Assembly (NCBI GenBank): GCA_964247055.1
Contig: OZ176052.1
Span: forward strand, 14,355,446 to 14,419,445
DNA length: 64,000 nt
Origin: Paragordius varius
Lineage: Eukaryota; Animalia; Nematomorpha
Direction of reading: 5' to 3'
The translations under genes and the position numbers were made by a program. Positions 1 through 15,000 of the stretch are shown here, in pieces (positions within the stretch are counted from its first letter, which is position 1; the number at the start of each line of letters is the position of its first letter). The notes beneath the pieces are model-generated. The model saw only the letters and a list, made by a program, of their open reading frames with translations, did no database searches and had not been told where the DNA came from.

Positions 1-3000
1 TATATTTTTTAAATATTTAAAAAATTCATAAAAATTACATTTATACTCCGATCTCGAAAATATTTGGGGTGATGATGGAACTACCCTAGGGCTACCCAAA
101 AAAAATTATAGTGACATCACCTGATCAAATTTGGATTTTAGGTAACCATTTTTATTTTTAATATCGTATAAAATAAATTTTTTAAATATTTAAAAAATTC
201 ATAAAAATTACATTTATAGTCCGATCCCCAAAATATTTGGGGTGATGATGGAACTACCATAGGGCTACCCAAAAAAAATTATAGTGACATCACCTGATCA
301 AATTTGGATTTTAGGTAGCCATTTTTATTTTTAAAATCGTATAAAATAAATTTTTTAAATATTTAAAAAATTCATAAAAATTACATTTATACTCCGATCT
401 CGAAAATATTTGGGGTGATGATGGAACTGCCATAGGGCTACCCAAAAAAAATTATGGCGACATCACCTGATCAAATTTGGATTTTAGGTAGCCATTTTTA
501 TTTTTAAAATCGTATAAAATAAATTTTTTAAATATATAAAAAATTCATAAAAATTACATTTATAGTCCGATCCCCAAAATATTTGGGGTGATGATGGAAC
601 AACCATAGGGCTACGCAAAAAAAATTATGGCGACATCACCTGATCAAATTTGGATTTTAGGTAGCCATTTTTATTTTTAATATCGTATAAAATAAATTTT
701 TTAAATATTTAAAAAATTCATAAAAATTACATTTATAGTCCGATCCCCAAAATATTTGGGGTGATGATGGAACTACCATAGGGCTACCCAAAAAAAATTA
801 TAGTGACATCACCTGATCAAATTTGGATTTTAGGTAGCCATTTTTATTTTTAAAATCGTATAAAATAAATTTTTTAAATATTTAAAAAATTCATAAAAAT
901 TACATTATAGTCCGATCCCCAAAATATTTGGGGTGATGATGGAATTACCATAGGGCTACCCACAAAAAATTATGGTGACATCACCTGATCAAATTTGGAT
1001 TTTAGGTAGCCATTTTTATTTTTAAAATCGTATAAAATATATTTTTTAAATATTTAAAAAATTCATAAAAATTACATTTATACTCCGATCTCGAAAATAT
1101 TTGGGGTGATGATGGAACTACCATAGGGCTACCCAAAAAAATTATAGTGACATCACCTGATCAAATTTGGATTTTAGGTAACCATTTTTATTTTTAATAT
1201 CGTATAAAATAAATTTTTTAAATATTTAAAAAATTCATAAAAATTACATTTATAGTCCGATCCCCAACATATTTGGGGTGATGATGGAACTACCATAGGG
1301 CTACCCAAAAAAAATTATAGTGACATCACCTGATCAAATTTGGATTTTAGGTAGCCATTTTTATTTTTAAAATCGTATAAAATAAATTTTTTAAATATTT
1401 AAAAAATTCATAAAAATTACATTTATAGTCCGATCCCCAAAATATTTGGGGTGATGATGGAACTACCATAGGGCTACCCAAAAAAATTATGGTGACATCA
1501 CCTGATCAAATTTGGATTTTAGGTAGCCATTTTTATTTTTAAAATCGTATAAAATAAATTTTTTAAATATTTAAAAAATTCATAAAAATTACATTTATAC
1601 TCCGATCTCGAAAATATTTGGGGTGATGATGGAACTACCATAGGGCTACCCAAAAAAATTATAGTGACATCACCTGATCAAATTTGGATTTTAGGTAGCC
1701 ATTTTTATTTTTAAAATCGTATAAAATAAATTTTTTAAATATTTAAAAAATTCATAAAAATTACATTTATAGTCCGATCCCCAAAATATTTGGGGTGATG
1801 ATGGAACTACCATAGGGCTACCCAAAAAAAAATATGGTGACATCACCTGATCAAATTTCGATTTTAGGTAGCCATTTTTATTTTTAAAATCGTATAAAAT
1901 AAATTTTTTAAATATTTAAAAAATTCATAAAAATTGCATTTATACTCCGATCTCGAAAATATTTGGGGTGATGATGGAACTACCATAGGGCTACGCAAAA
2001 AAAATTATGGTGACATCACCTGATCAAATTTGGATTTTAGGTAGCCATTTTTATTTTTAAAATCGTATAAAATAAATTTTTTAAATATTTAAAAAATTCA
2101 AAAAAATTACATTTATACTCCGATCTCGACAATATTTGGGGTGATGATGGAACTACCATGGGGCTACCCAAAAAAAATTATGGTGACATCACCTGATCAA
2201 TTTTGGATTTTAGGTAGCCATTTTTATTTTTAAAATCGTATAAAATAAATTTTTTAAATATTTAAAAAATTCATAAAAATTACATTTATACTCCGATCTC
2301 GAAAATATTTGGGGTGATGATGGAACTACCATAGGGCTACCCAAAAAAAATTATGGTGACATCACCTGATCAAATTTGGATTTTAGGTAGCCATTTTTAT
2401 TTTTAAAATTGTATAAAATAAATTTTTTAAATATTTAAAAAATTCATAAAAGTTACATTTATAGTCCGATCCCCAAAATATTTGTGGTGATGATGGAACT
2501 ACCATAGGGCTACCCAAAAAAAATTATGGTGACATCACCTGATCAAATTTGGATTTTAGGTAGCCATTTTTATTTTTAAAATCGTATAAAATAAATTTTT
2601 TAAATATTTAAAAAATTCATAAAAATTACATTTATAGTCCGATCCCCAAAATATTTGGGGTGATGATGGAACAACCATAGGGCTACGCAAAAAAAATTAT
2701 GGCGACATCACCTGATCAAATTTGGATTTTAGGTAGCCATTTTTATTTTTAATATCGTATAAAATAAATTTTTTAAATATTTAAAAAATTCATAAAAATT
2801 ACATTTATAGTCCGATCCCCAAAATATTTGGGGTGATGATGGAACTACCATAGGGCTACCCAAAAAAAATTATAGTGACATCACCTGATCAAATTTGGAT
2901 TTTAGGTAGCCATTTTTATTTTTAAAATCGTATAAAATAAATTTTTTAAATATTTAAAAAATTCATAAAAATTACATTTATAGTCCGATCCCCAAAATAT

Positions 3001-6000
3001 TTGGGGTGATGATGGAACAACCATAGGGCTACGCAAAAAAAATTATGGCGACATCACCTGATCAAATTTGGATTTTAGGTAGCCATTTTTATTTTTAATA
3101 TCGTATAAAATAAATTTTTTAAATATTTAAAAAATTCATAAAAATTACATTTATAGTCCGATCCCCAAAATATTTGGGGTGATGATGGAACTACCATAGG
3201 GCTACCCAAAAAAAATTATAGTGACATCACCTGATCAAATTTGGATTTTAGGTAGCCATTTTTATTTTTAAAATCGTATAAAATAAATTTTTTAAATATT
3301 TAAAAAATTCATAAAAATTACATTTATAGTCCGATCCCCAAAATATTTGGGGTGATGATGGAACAACCATAGGGCTACGCAAAAAAAATTATGGCGACAT
3401 CACCTGATCAAATTTGGATTTTAGGTAGCCATTTTTATTTTTAAAATCGTATAAAATAAATTTTTTAAATATTTAAAAAATTCAAAAAAATTACATTTAT
3501 ACTCCGATCTCGACAATATTTGGGGTGATGATGGAACTACCATAGGGCCACCCAAAAAAAATTATGGTGACATCACCTGATCAAATTTGGATTTTAGGTA
3601 GCCATTTTTATTTTTAAAATCGTATAAAATAAATTTTTTAAATATTTAAAAAATTCATAAAAATTACATTTATACTCCGATCTCGAAAATATTTGGGGTG
3701 ATGATGGAACTACCATAGGGCTACCCAAAAAAAATTATGGTGACATCACCTGATCAAATTTGGATTTTAGGTAGCCATTTTTATTTTTAAAATCGTATAA
3801 AATAAATTTTTTAAATATTTAAAAAATTCATAAAAATTACATTTATACTCCGATCTCGAAAATATTTGGGGTGATGATGGAACTACCATAGGGCTACGCA
3901 AAAAAAATTATGGTGACATCACCTGATCAAATTTGGATTTTAGGTAGCCATTTTTATTTTTAAAATCGTATAAAATAAATTTTTTAAATATTTAAAAAAT
4001 TCAAAAAAATTACATTTCTACTCCGATCTCGACAATATTTGGGGTGATGATGGAACTACCATAGGGCTACCCAAAAAAAATTATGGTGACATCACCTGAT
4101 CAAATTTGGATTTTAGGTAGCCATTTTTATTTTTAAAATCGTATAAAATAAATTTTTTAAATATTTAAAAAATTCATAAAAATTACATTTATACTCCGAT
4201 CTCGAAAATATTTGGGGTGATGATGGAACTACCATAGGGCTACCCAAAAAAAATTATGGTGACATCACCTGATCAAATTTGGATTTTAGGTAGCCATTTT
4301 TATTTTTAAAATTGTATAAAATAAATTTTTTAAATATTTAAAAAATTCATAAAAGTTACATTTATAGTCCGATCCCCAAAATATTTGTGGTGATGATGGA
4401 ACTACCATAGGGCTACCCAAAAAAAATTATGGTGACATCACCTGATCAAATTTGGATTTTAGGTAGCCATTTTTATTTTTAAAATCGTATAAAATAAATT
4501 TTTTAAATATTTAAAAAATTCATAAAAATTACATTTATAGTCCGATCCCCAAAATATTTGGGGTGATGATGGAACAACCATAGGGCTACGCAAAAAAAAT
4601 TATGGCGACATCACCTGATCAAATTTGGATTTTAGGTAGCCATTTTTATTTTTAATATCGTATAAAATAAATTTTTTAAATATTTAAAAAATTCATAAAA
4701 ATTACATTTATAATCCGATCCCCAAAATATTTGGGGTGATGATGGAACTACCATAGGGCTACCCAAAAAAAATTATAGTGACATCACCTGATCAAATTTG
4801 GATTTTAGGTAGCCATTTTTATTTTTAAAATCGTATAAAATATATTTTTTAAATATTTAAAAAATTCATAAAAATTACATTTATACTCCGATCTCGAAAA
4901 TATTTGGGGTGATGATGGAACTGCCATAGGGCTACCCAAAAAAAATTATGGCGACATCACCTGATCAAATTTGGATTTTAGGTAGCCATTTTTATTTTTA
5001 AAATCGTATAAAATAAATTTTTTAAATATTTAAAAAATTCATAAAAATTACATTTATAGTCCGATCCCCAAAATATTTGGGGTGATGATGGAACAACCAT
5101 AGGGCTACGCAAAAAAAATTATGGCGACATCACCTGATCAAATTTGGATTTTAGGTAGCCATTTTTATTTTTAATATCGTATAAAATAAATTTTTTAAAT
5201 ATTTAAAAAATTCATAAAAATTACATTTATAGTCCGATCCCCAAAATATTTGGGGTGATGATGGAACTACCATAGGGCTACCCAAAAAAAATTATAGTGA
5301 CATCACCTGATCAAATTTGGATTTTAGGTAGCCATTTTTATTTTTAAAATCGTATAAAATATATTTTTTAAATATTTAAAAAATTCATAAAAATTACATT
5401 TATACTCCGATCTCGAAAATATTTGGGGTGATGATGGAACTACCATAGGGCTACCCAAAAAAAATTATGGCGACATCACCTGATCAAATTTGGATTTTAG
5501 GTAGCCATTTTTATTTTTAAAATCGTATAAAATAAATTTTTTAAATGTTTAAAAAATTCATAAAAATTACATTTATAGTCCGATCCCCAAAATATTTGGG
5601 GTGATGATGGAATTACCATAGGGCTACCCAAAAAAAATTATGGTGACATCACCTGATCAAATTTGGATTTTATGTAGCCATTTTTATTTTTAAAATCGTA
5701 TAAAATAAATTTTTTAAATATTTAAAAAATTCATAAAAATTACATTTATAGTCCGATCCCCAAAATATTTGAGGTGATGATGGAACAACCATAGGGCTAC
5801 GCAAAAAAAAATATGGCGACATCACCTGATCAAATTTGGATTTTAGGTAGCCATTTTTATTTTTAATATCGTATAAAATAAATTTTTTAAATATTTAAAA
5901 AATTCATAAAAATTACATTTATAGTCCGATCCCCAAAATATTTGGGGTGATGATGGAACTACCATAGGGCTACCCAAAAAAAATTATAGTGACATCACCT

Positions 6001-9000
6001 GATCAAATTTGGATTTTAGGTAGCCATTTTTATTTTTAAAATCGTATAAAATATATTTTTTAAATATTTAAAAAATTCATAAAAATTACATTTATACTCC
6101 GATCTCGAAAATATTTGGGGTGATGATGGAACTACCATAGGGCTACCCAAAAAAAATTATGGCGACATCACCTGATCAAATTTGGATTTTAGGTAGCCAT
6201 TTTTATTTTTAAAATCGTATAAAATATATTTTTTAAATATTTAAAAAATTCATAAAAATTACATTTATACTCCGATCTCGAAAATATTTGGGGTGATGAT
6301 GGAACTACCCTAGGGCTACCCAAAAAAAATTATAGTGACATCACCTGATCAAATTTGGATTTTAGGTAACCATTTTTATTTTTAATATCGTATAAAATAA
6401 ATTTTTAAATATTTAAAAAATTCATAAAAATTACATTTATAGTCCGATCCCCAAAATATTTGGGGTGATGATGGAACTACCATAGGGCTACCCAAAAAAA
6501 ATTATAGTGACATCACCTGATCAAATTTGGATTTTAGGTAGCCATTTTTATTTTTAAAATCGTATAAAATAAATTTTTTAAATATTTAAAAAATTCATAA
6601 AAATTACATTTATAGTCCGATCCCCAAAATATTTGGGGTGATGATGGAATTACCATAGGGCTACCCAAAAAAAATTATGGTGACATCACCTGATCAAATT
6701 TGGATTTTAGGTAGCCATTTTTATTTTTAAAATCGTATAAAATATATTTTTTAAATATTTAAAAAATTCATAAAAATTACATTTATACTCCGATCTCGAA
6801 AATATTTGGGGTGATGATGGAACTACCCTAGGGCTACCCAAAAAAAATTATAGTGACATCACCTGATCAAATTTGGATTTTAGGTAACCATTTTTATTTT
6901 TAATATCGTATAAAATAACTTTTTTAAATATTTAAAAAATTCATAAAAATTACATTTATAGTCCGATCCCCAAAATATTTGGGGTGATGATGGAACTACC
7001 ATAGGGCTACCCAAAAAAAATTATGGTGACATCACCTGATCAAATTTGGATTTTAGGTAGCCATTTTTATTTTTAAAATCGTATAAAATATATTTTTTAA
7101 ATATTTAAAAAATTCATAAAAATTACATTTATACTCCGATCTCGAAAATATTTGGGGTGATGATGGAACTGCCATAGGGCTACCCAAAAAAAATTATGGC
7201 GACATCACCTGATCAAATTTGGATTTTAGGTAGCCATTTTTATTTTTAAAATCGTATAAAATAAATTTTTTAAATATTTAAAAAATTCATAAAAATTACA
7301 TTTATAGTCCGATCCCCAAAATATTTGGGGTGATGATGGAACAACCATAGGGCTACGCAAAAAAAATTATGGCGACATCACCTGATCAAATTTGGATTTT
7401 AGGTAGCCATTTTTATTTTTAATATCGTATAAAATAAATTTTTTAAATATTTAAAAAATTCATAAAAATTACATTTATAGTCCGATCCCCAAAATATTTG
7501 GGGTGATGATGGAACTACCATAGGGCTACCCAAAAAAAATTATAGTGACATCACCTGATCAAATTTGGATTTTAGGTAGCCATTTTTATTTTTAAAATCG
7601 TATAAAATATATTTTTTAAATATTTAAAAAATTCATAAAAATTACATTTATACTCCGATCTCGAAAATATTTGGGGTGATGATGGAACTACCATAGGGCT
7701 ACCCAAAAAAAATTATGGCGACATCACCTGATCAAATTTGGATTTTAGGTAGCCATTTTTATTTTTAAAATCGTATAAAATAAATTTTTTAAATGTTTAA
7801 AAAATTCATAAAAATTACATTTATAGTCCGATCCCCAAAATATTTGGGGTGATGATGGAATTACCATAGGGCTACCCAAAAAAAATTATGGTGACATCAC
7901 CTGATCAAATTTGGATTTTATGTAGCCATTTTTATTTTTAAAATCGTATAAAATAAATTTTTTAAATATTTAAAAAATTCATAAAAATTACATTTATAGT
8001 CCGATCCCCAAAATATTTGAGGTGATGATGGAACAACCATAGGGCTACGCAAAAAAAATTATGGCGACATCACCTGATCAAATTTGGATTTTAGGTAGCC
8101 ATTTTTATTTTTAATATCGTATAAAATAAATTTTTTAAATATTTAAAAAATTCATAAAAATTACATTTATAGTCCGATCCCCAAAATATTTGGGGTGATG
8201 ATGGAACTACCATAGGGCTACCCAAAAAAAATTATAGTGACATCACCTGATCAAATTTGGATTTTAGGTAGCCATTTTTATTTTTAAAATCGTATAAAAT
8301 ATATTTTTTAAATATTTAAAAAATTCATAAAAATTACATTTATACTCCGATCTCGAAAATATTTGGGGTGATGATGGAACTACCATAGGGCTACCCAAAA
8401 AAAATTATGGCGACATCACCTGATCAAATTTGGATTTTAGGTAGCCATTTTTATTTTTAAAATCGTATAAAATATATTTTTTAAATATTTAAAAAATTCA
8501 TAAAAATTACATTTATACTCCGATCTCGAAAATATTTGGGGTGATGATGGAACTACCCTAGGGCTACCCAAAAAAAATTATAGTGACATCACCTGATCAA
8601 ATTTGGATTTTAGGTAACCATTTTTATTTTTAATATCGTATAAAATAAATTTTTTAAATATTTAAAAAATTCATAAAAATTACATTTATAGTCCGATCCC
8701 CAAAATATTTGGGGTGATGATGGAACTACCATAGGGCTACCCAAAAAAAATTATAGTGACATCACCTGATCAAATTTGGATTTTAGGTAGCCATTTTTAT
8801 TTTTAAAATCGTATAAAATAAATTTTTTAAATATTTAAAAAATTCATAAAAATTACATTTATAGTCCGATCCCCAAAATATTTGGGGTGATGATGGAATT
8901 ACCATAGGGCTACCCAAAAAAAATTATGGTGACATCACCTGATCAAATTTGGATTTTAGGTAGCCATTTTTATTTTTAAAATCGTATAAAATATATTTTT

Positions 9001-12000
9001 TAATATTTAAAAAATTCATAAAAATTACATTTATACTCCGATCTCGAAAATATTTGGGGTGATGATGGAACTACCCTAGGGCTACCCAAAAAAAATTATA
9101 GTGACATCACCTGATCAAATTTGGATTTTAGGTAACCATTTTTATTTTTAATATCGTATAAAATAAATTTTTTAAATATTTAAAAAATTCATAAAAATTA
9201 CATTTATAGTCCGATCCCCAAAATATTTGGGGTGATGATGGAACTACCATAGGGCTACCCAAAAAAAATTATGGTGACATCACCTGATCAAATTTGGATT
9301 TTAGGTAGCCATTTTTATTTTTAAAATCGTATAAAATATATTTTTTAAATATTTAAAAAATTCATAAAAATTACATTTATACTCCGATCTCGAAAATATT
9401 TGGGGTGATGATGGAACTACCCTAGGGCTACCCAAAAAAAATTATAGTGACATCACCTGATCAAATTTGGATTTTAGGTAACCATTTTTATTTTTAATAT
9501 CGTATAAAATAAATTTTTTAAATATTTAAAAAATTCATAAAAATTACATTTATAGTCCGATCCCCAAAATATTTGGGGTGATGATGGAACTACCATAGGG
9601 CTACCCAAAAAAATCTAGAGTGACATCACCTGATCAAATTTGGATTTTAGGTAGCCATTTTTATTTTTAAAATCGTATAAAATAAATTTTTTAAATATTT
9701 AAAAAATTCATAAAAATTACATTTATAGTCCGATCCCCAAAATATTTGGGGTGATGATGGAACTACCATAGGGCTACCCAAAAAAAATTATGGTGACATC
9801 ACCTGATCAAATTTGGATTTTAGGTAGCCATTTTTATTTTTAAAATCGTATAAAATAAATTTTTTAAATATTTAAAAAATTCATAAAAATTACATTTATA
9901 CTCCGATCTCGAAAATATTTGGGGTGATGATGGAACTACCCTAGGGCTACCCAAAAAAAATTATAGTGACATCACCTGATCAAATTTGGATTTTAGGTAA
10001 CCATTTTTATTTTTAATATCGTATAAAATAAATTTTTTAAATATTTAAAAAATTCATAAAAATTACATTTATAGTCCGATCCCCAAAATATTTGGGGTGA
10101 TGATGGAACTACCATAGGGCTAGCCAAAAAAAATTATAGTGACATCACCTGATCAAATTTGGATTTTAGGTAGCCATTTTTATTTTTAAAATCGTATAAA
10201 ATAAATTTTTTAAATATTTAAAAAATTCATAAAAATTACATTTATAGTCCGATCCCCAAAATATTTGGGGTGATGATGGAACTACCATAGGGCTACCCAA
10301 AAAAAATTATGGTGACATCACCTGATCAAATTTGGATTTTAGGTAGCCATTTTTATTTTTAAAATCGTATAAAATAAATTTTTTAAATATTTAAAAAATT
10401 CATAAAAATTACATTTATACTCCGATCTCGAAAATATTTGGGGTGATGATGGAACTACCATAGGGCTACCCAAAAAAAATTATGGTGACATCACCTGATC
10501 AAATTTGGATTTTAGGTAGCCATTTTTATTTTTAAAATCGTATAAAATCAATTTTTTAAATATTTAAAAAATTCATAAAAATTACATTTATAGTCCGATC
10601 CCCAAAATATTTGGGGTGATGATGGAACTACCATAGGGCTACCCAAAAAAAATTATGGTGACATCACCTGATCAAATTTGGATTTTAGGTAGCCATTTTT
10701 ATTTTTAAAATCGTATAAAATAAATTTTTTAAATATTTAAAAAATTCATAAAAATTACATTTATACTCCGATCTCGAAAATATTTGGGGTGATGATGGAA
10801 CTACCATAGGGCTACCCAAAAAAAATTATGGTGACATCACCTGATCAAATTTGGATTTTAGGTAGCCATTTTTATTTTTAAAATCGTATAAAATATATTT
10901 TTTAATATTTAAAAAATTCATAAAAATTACATTTATACTCCGATCTCGAAAATATTTGTTGGGGTGATGATGGAACTACCCTAGGGCTACCCAAAAAAAA
11001 TTATAGTGACATCACCTGATCAAATTTGGATTTTAGGTAACCATTTTTATTTTTAATATCGTATAAAATAAATTTTTTAAATATTTAAAAAATTCATAAA
11101 AATTACATTTATAGTCCGATCCCCAAAATATTTGGGGTGATGATGGAACTACCATAGGGCTACCCAAAAAAAATTATGGTGACATCACCTGATCAAATTT
11201 GGATTTTAGGTAGCCATTTTTATTTTTAAAATCGTATAAAATATATTTTTTAAATATTTAAAAAATTCATAAAAATTACATTTATACTCCGATCTCGAAA
11301 ATATTTGGGGTGATGATGGAACTACCCTAGGGCTACCCAAAAAAAATTATAGTGACATCACCTGATCAAATTTGGATTTTAGGTAACCATTTTTATTTTT
11401 AATATCGTATAAAATAAATTTTTTAAATATTTAAAAAATTCATAAAAATTACATTTATAGTCCGATCCCCAAAATATTTGGGGTGATGATGGAACTACCA
11501 TAGGGCTACCCAAAAAAAATTATAGTGACATCACCTGATCAAATTTGGATTTTAGGTAGCCATTTTTATTTTTAAAATCGTATAAAATAAATTTTTTAAA
11601 TATTTAAAAAATTCATAAAAATTACATTTATAGTCCGATCCCCAAAATATTTGGGGTGATGATGGAACTACCATAGGGCTACCCAAAAAAAATTATGGTG
11701 ACATCACCTGATCAAATTTGGATTTTAGGTAGCCATTTTTATTTTTAAAATCGTATAAAATAAATTTTTTAAATATTTAAAAAATTCATAAAAATTACAT
11801 TTATACTCCGATCTCGAAAATATTTGGGGTGATGATGGAACTACCATAGGGCTACCCAAAAAAAATTATGGTGACATCACCTGATCAAATTTGGATTTTA
11901 GGTAGCCATTTTTATTTTTAAAATCGTATAAAATAAATTTTTTAAATATTTAAAAAATTCATAAAAATTACATTTATACTCCGATCTCGAAAATATTTGG

Positions 12001-15000
12001 GGTGATGATGGAACTACCATAGGGCTACGCAAAAAAAATTATGGTGACATCACCTGATCAAATTTGGATTTTAGGTAGCCATTTTTATTTTTAAAATCGT
12101 ATAAAATAAATTTTTTAAATATTTAAAAAATTCAAAATAATTACATTTATACTCCGATCTCGACAATATTTGGGGTGATGATGGAACTACCATAGGGCTA
12201 CCCAAAAAAAATTATGGTGACATCACCTGATCAAATTTGGATTTTATGTAGCCATTTTTATTTTTAAAATCGTATAAAATAAATTTTTTAAATATTTAAA
12301 AAATTCATAAAAATTACATTTATAGTCCGATCCCCAAAATATTTGGGGTGATGATGGAACAACCATAGGGCTACGCAAAAAAAATTATGGCGACATCACC
12401 TGATCAAATTTGGATTTTAGGTAGCCATTTTTATTTTTAATATCGTATAAAATAAATTTTTTAAATATTTAAAAAATTCATAAAAATTACATTTATAGTC
12501 CGATCCCCAAAATATTTGGGGTGATGATGGAACTACCATAGGGCTACCCAAAAAAAATTATAGTGACATCACCTGATCAAATTTGGATTTTAGGTAGCCA
12601 TTTTTATTTTTAAAATCGTATAAAATATTTTTTTTAAATATTTAAAAAATTCATAAAAATTACATTTATACTCCGATCTCGAAAATATTTGGGGTGATGA
12701 TGGAACTACCATAGGGCTACCCAAAAAAAATTATGGCGACATCACCTGATCAAATTTGGATTTTAGGTAGCCATTTTTATTTTTAAAATCGTATAAAATA
12801 AATTTTTTAAATGTTTAAAAAATTCATAAAAATTACATTTATACTCCGATCTCGAAAATATTTGGGGTGATGATGGAACTACCCTAGGGCTACCCAAAAA
12901 AAATTATAGTGACATCACCTGATCAAATTTGGATTTTAGGTAACCATTTTTATTTTTAATATCGTATAAAATAAATTTTTTAAATATTTAAAAAATTCAT
13001 AAAAATTACATTTATAGTCCGATCCCCAAAATATTTGGGGTGATGATGGAACTACCATAGGGCTACCCAAAAAAAATTATAGTGACATCACCTGATCAAA
13101 TTTGGATTTTAGGTAGCCATTTTTATTTTTAAAATCGTATAAAATATATTTTTTAAATATTTAAAAAATTCATAAAAATTACATTTATACTCCGATCTCG
13201 AAAATATTTGGGGTGATGATGGAACTACCCTAGGGCTACCCAAAAAAAATTATAGTGACATCACCTGATCAAATTTGGATTTTAGGTAACCATTTTTATT
13301 TTTAATATCGTATAAAATAAATTTTTTAAATATTTAAAAAATTCATAAAAATTACATTTATAGTCCGATCCCCAAAATATTTGGGGTGATGATGGAACTA
13401 CCATAGGGCTACCCAAAAAAAATTATGGTGACATCACCTGATCAAATTTGGATTTTAGGTAGCCATTTTTATTTTTAAAATCGTATAAAATAAATTTTTT
13501 AAATATTTAAAAAATTCATAAAAATTACATTTATACTCCGATCTCGAAAATATTTGGGGTGATGATGGAACTACCCTAGGGCTACCCAAAAAAAATTATA
13601 GTGACATCACCTGATCAAATTTGGATTTTAGGTAACCATTTTTATTTTTAATATCGTATAAAATAAATTTTTTAAATATTTAAAAAATTCATAAAAATTA
13701 CATTTATAGTCCGATCCCCAAAATATTTGGGGTGATGATGGAACTACCATAGGGCTACCCAAAAAAATTATAGTGACATCACCTGATCAAATTTGGATTT
13801 TAGGTAGCCATTTTTATTTTTAAAATCGTATAAAATAAATTTTTTAAATATTTAAAAAATTCATAAAAATTACATTTATAGTCCGATCCCCAAAATATTT
13901 GGGGTGATGATGGAACTACCATAGGGCTACCCAAAAAAAATTATGGTGACATCACCTGATCAAATTTGGATTTTAGGTAGCCATTTTTATTTTTAAAATC
14001 GTATAAAATAAATTTTTTAAATATTTAAAAAATTCATAAAAATTACATTTATACTCCGATCTCGAAAATATTTGGGGTGATGATGGAACTACCATAGGGC
14101 TACCCAAAAAAAATTATGGTGACATCACCTGATCAAATTTGGATTTTAGGTAGCCATTTTTATTTTTAAAATCGTATAAAATAAATTTTTTAAATATTTA
14201 AAAAATTCATAAAAATTACATTTATACTCCGATCTCGAAAATATTTGGGGTGATGATGGAACTACCATAGGGCTACGCAAAAAAAATTATGGTGACATCA
14301 CCTGATCAAATTTGGATTTTAGGTAGCCATTTTTATTTTTAAAATCGTATAAAATAAATTTTTTAAATATTTAAAAAATTCAAAAAAATTACATTTATAC
14401 TCCGATCTCGACAATATTTGGGGTGATGATGGAACTACCATAGGGCTACCCAAAAAAAATTATGGTGACATCACCTGATCAAATTTGGATTTTATGTAGC
14501 CATTTTTATTTTTAAAATCGTATAAAATAAATTTTTTAAATATTTAAAAAATTCATAAAAATTACATTTATAGTCCGATCCCCAAAATATTTGGGGTGAT
14601 GATGGAACAACCATAGGGCTACGCAAAAAAAATTATGGCGACATCACCTGATCAAATTTGGATTTTAGGTAGCCATTTTTATTTTTAATATCGTATAAAA
14701 TAAATTTTTTAAATATTTAAAAAATTCATAAAAATTACATTTATAGTCCGATCCCCAAAATATTTGGGGTGATGATGGAACTACCATAGGGCTACCCAAA
14801 AAAAATTATAGTGACATCACCTGATCAAATTTGGATTTTAGGTAGCCATTTTTATTTTTAAAATCGTATAAAATAAATTTTTTAAATGTTTAAAAAATTC
14901 ATAAAAATTACATTTATAGTCCGATCCCCAAAATATTTGGGGTGATGATGGAACTACCCTAGGGCTACCCAAAAAAAATTATAGTGACATCACCTGATCA

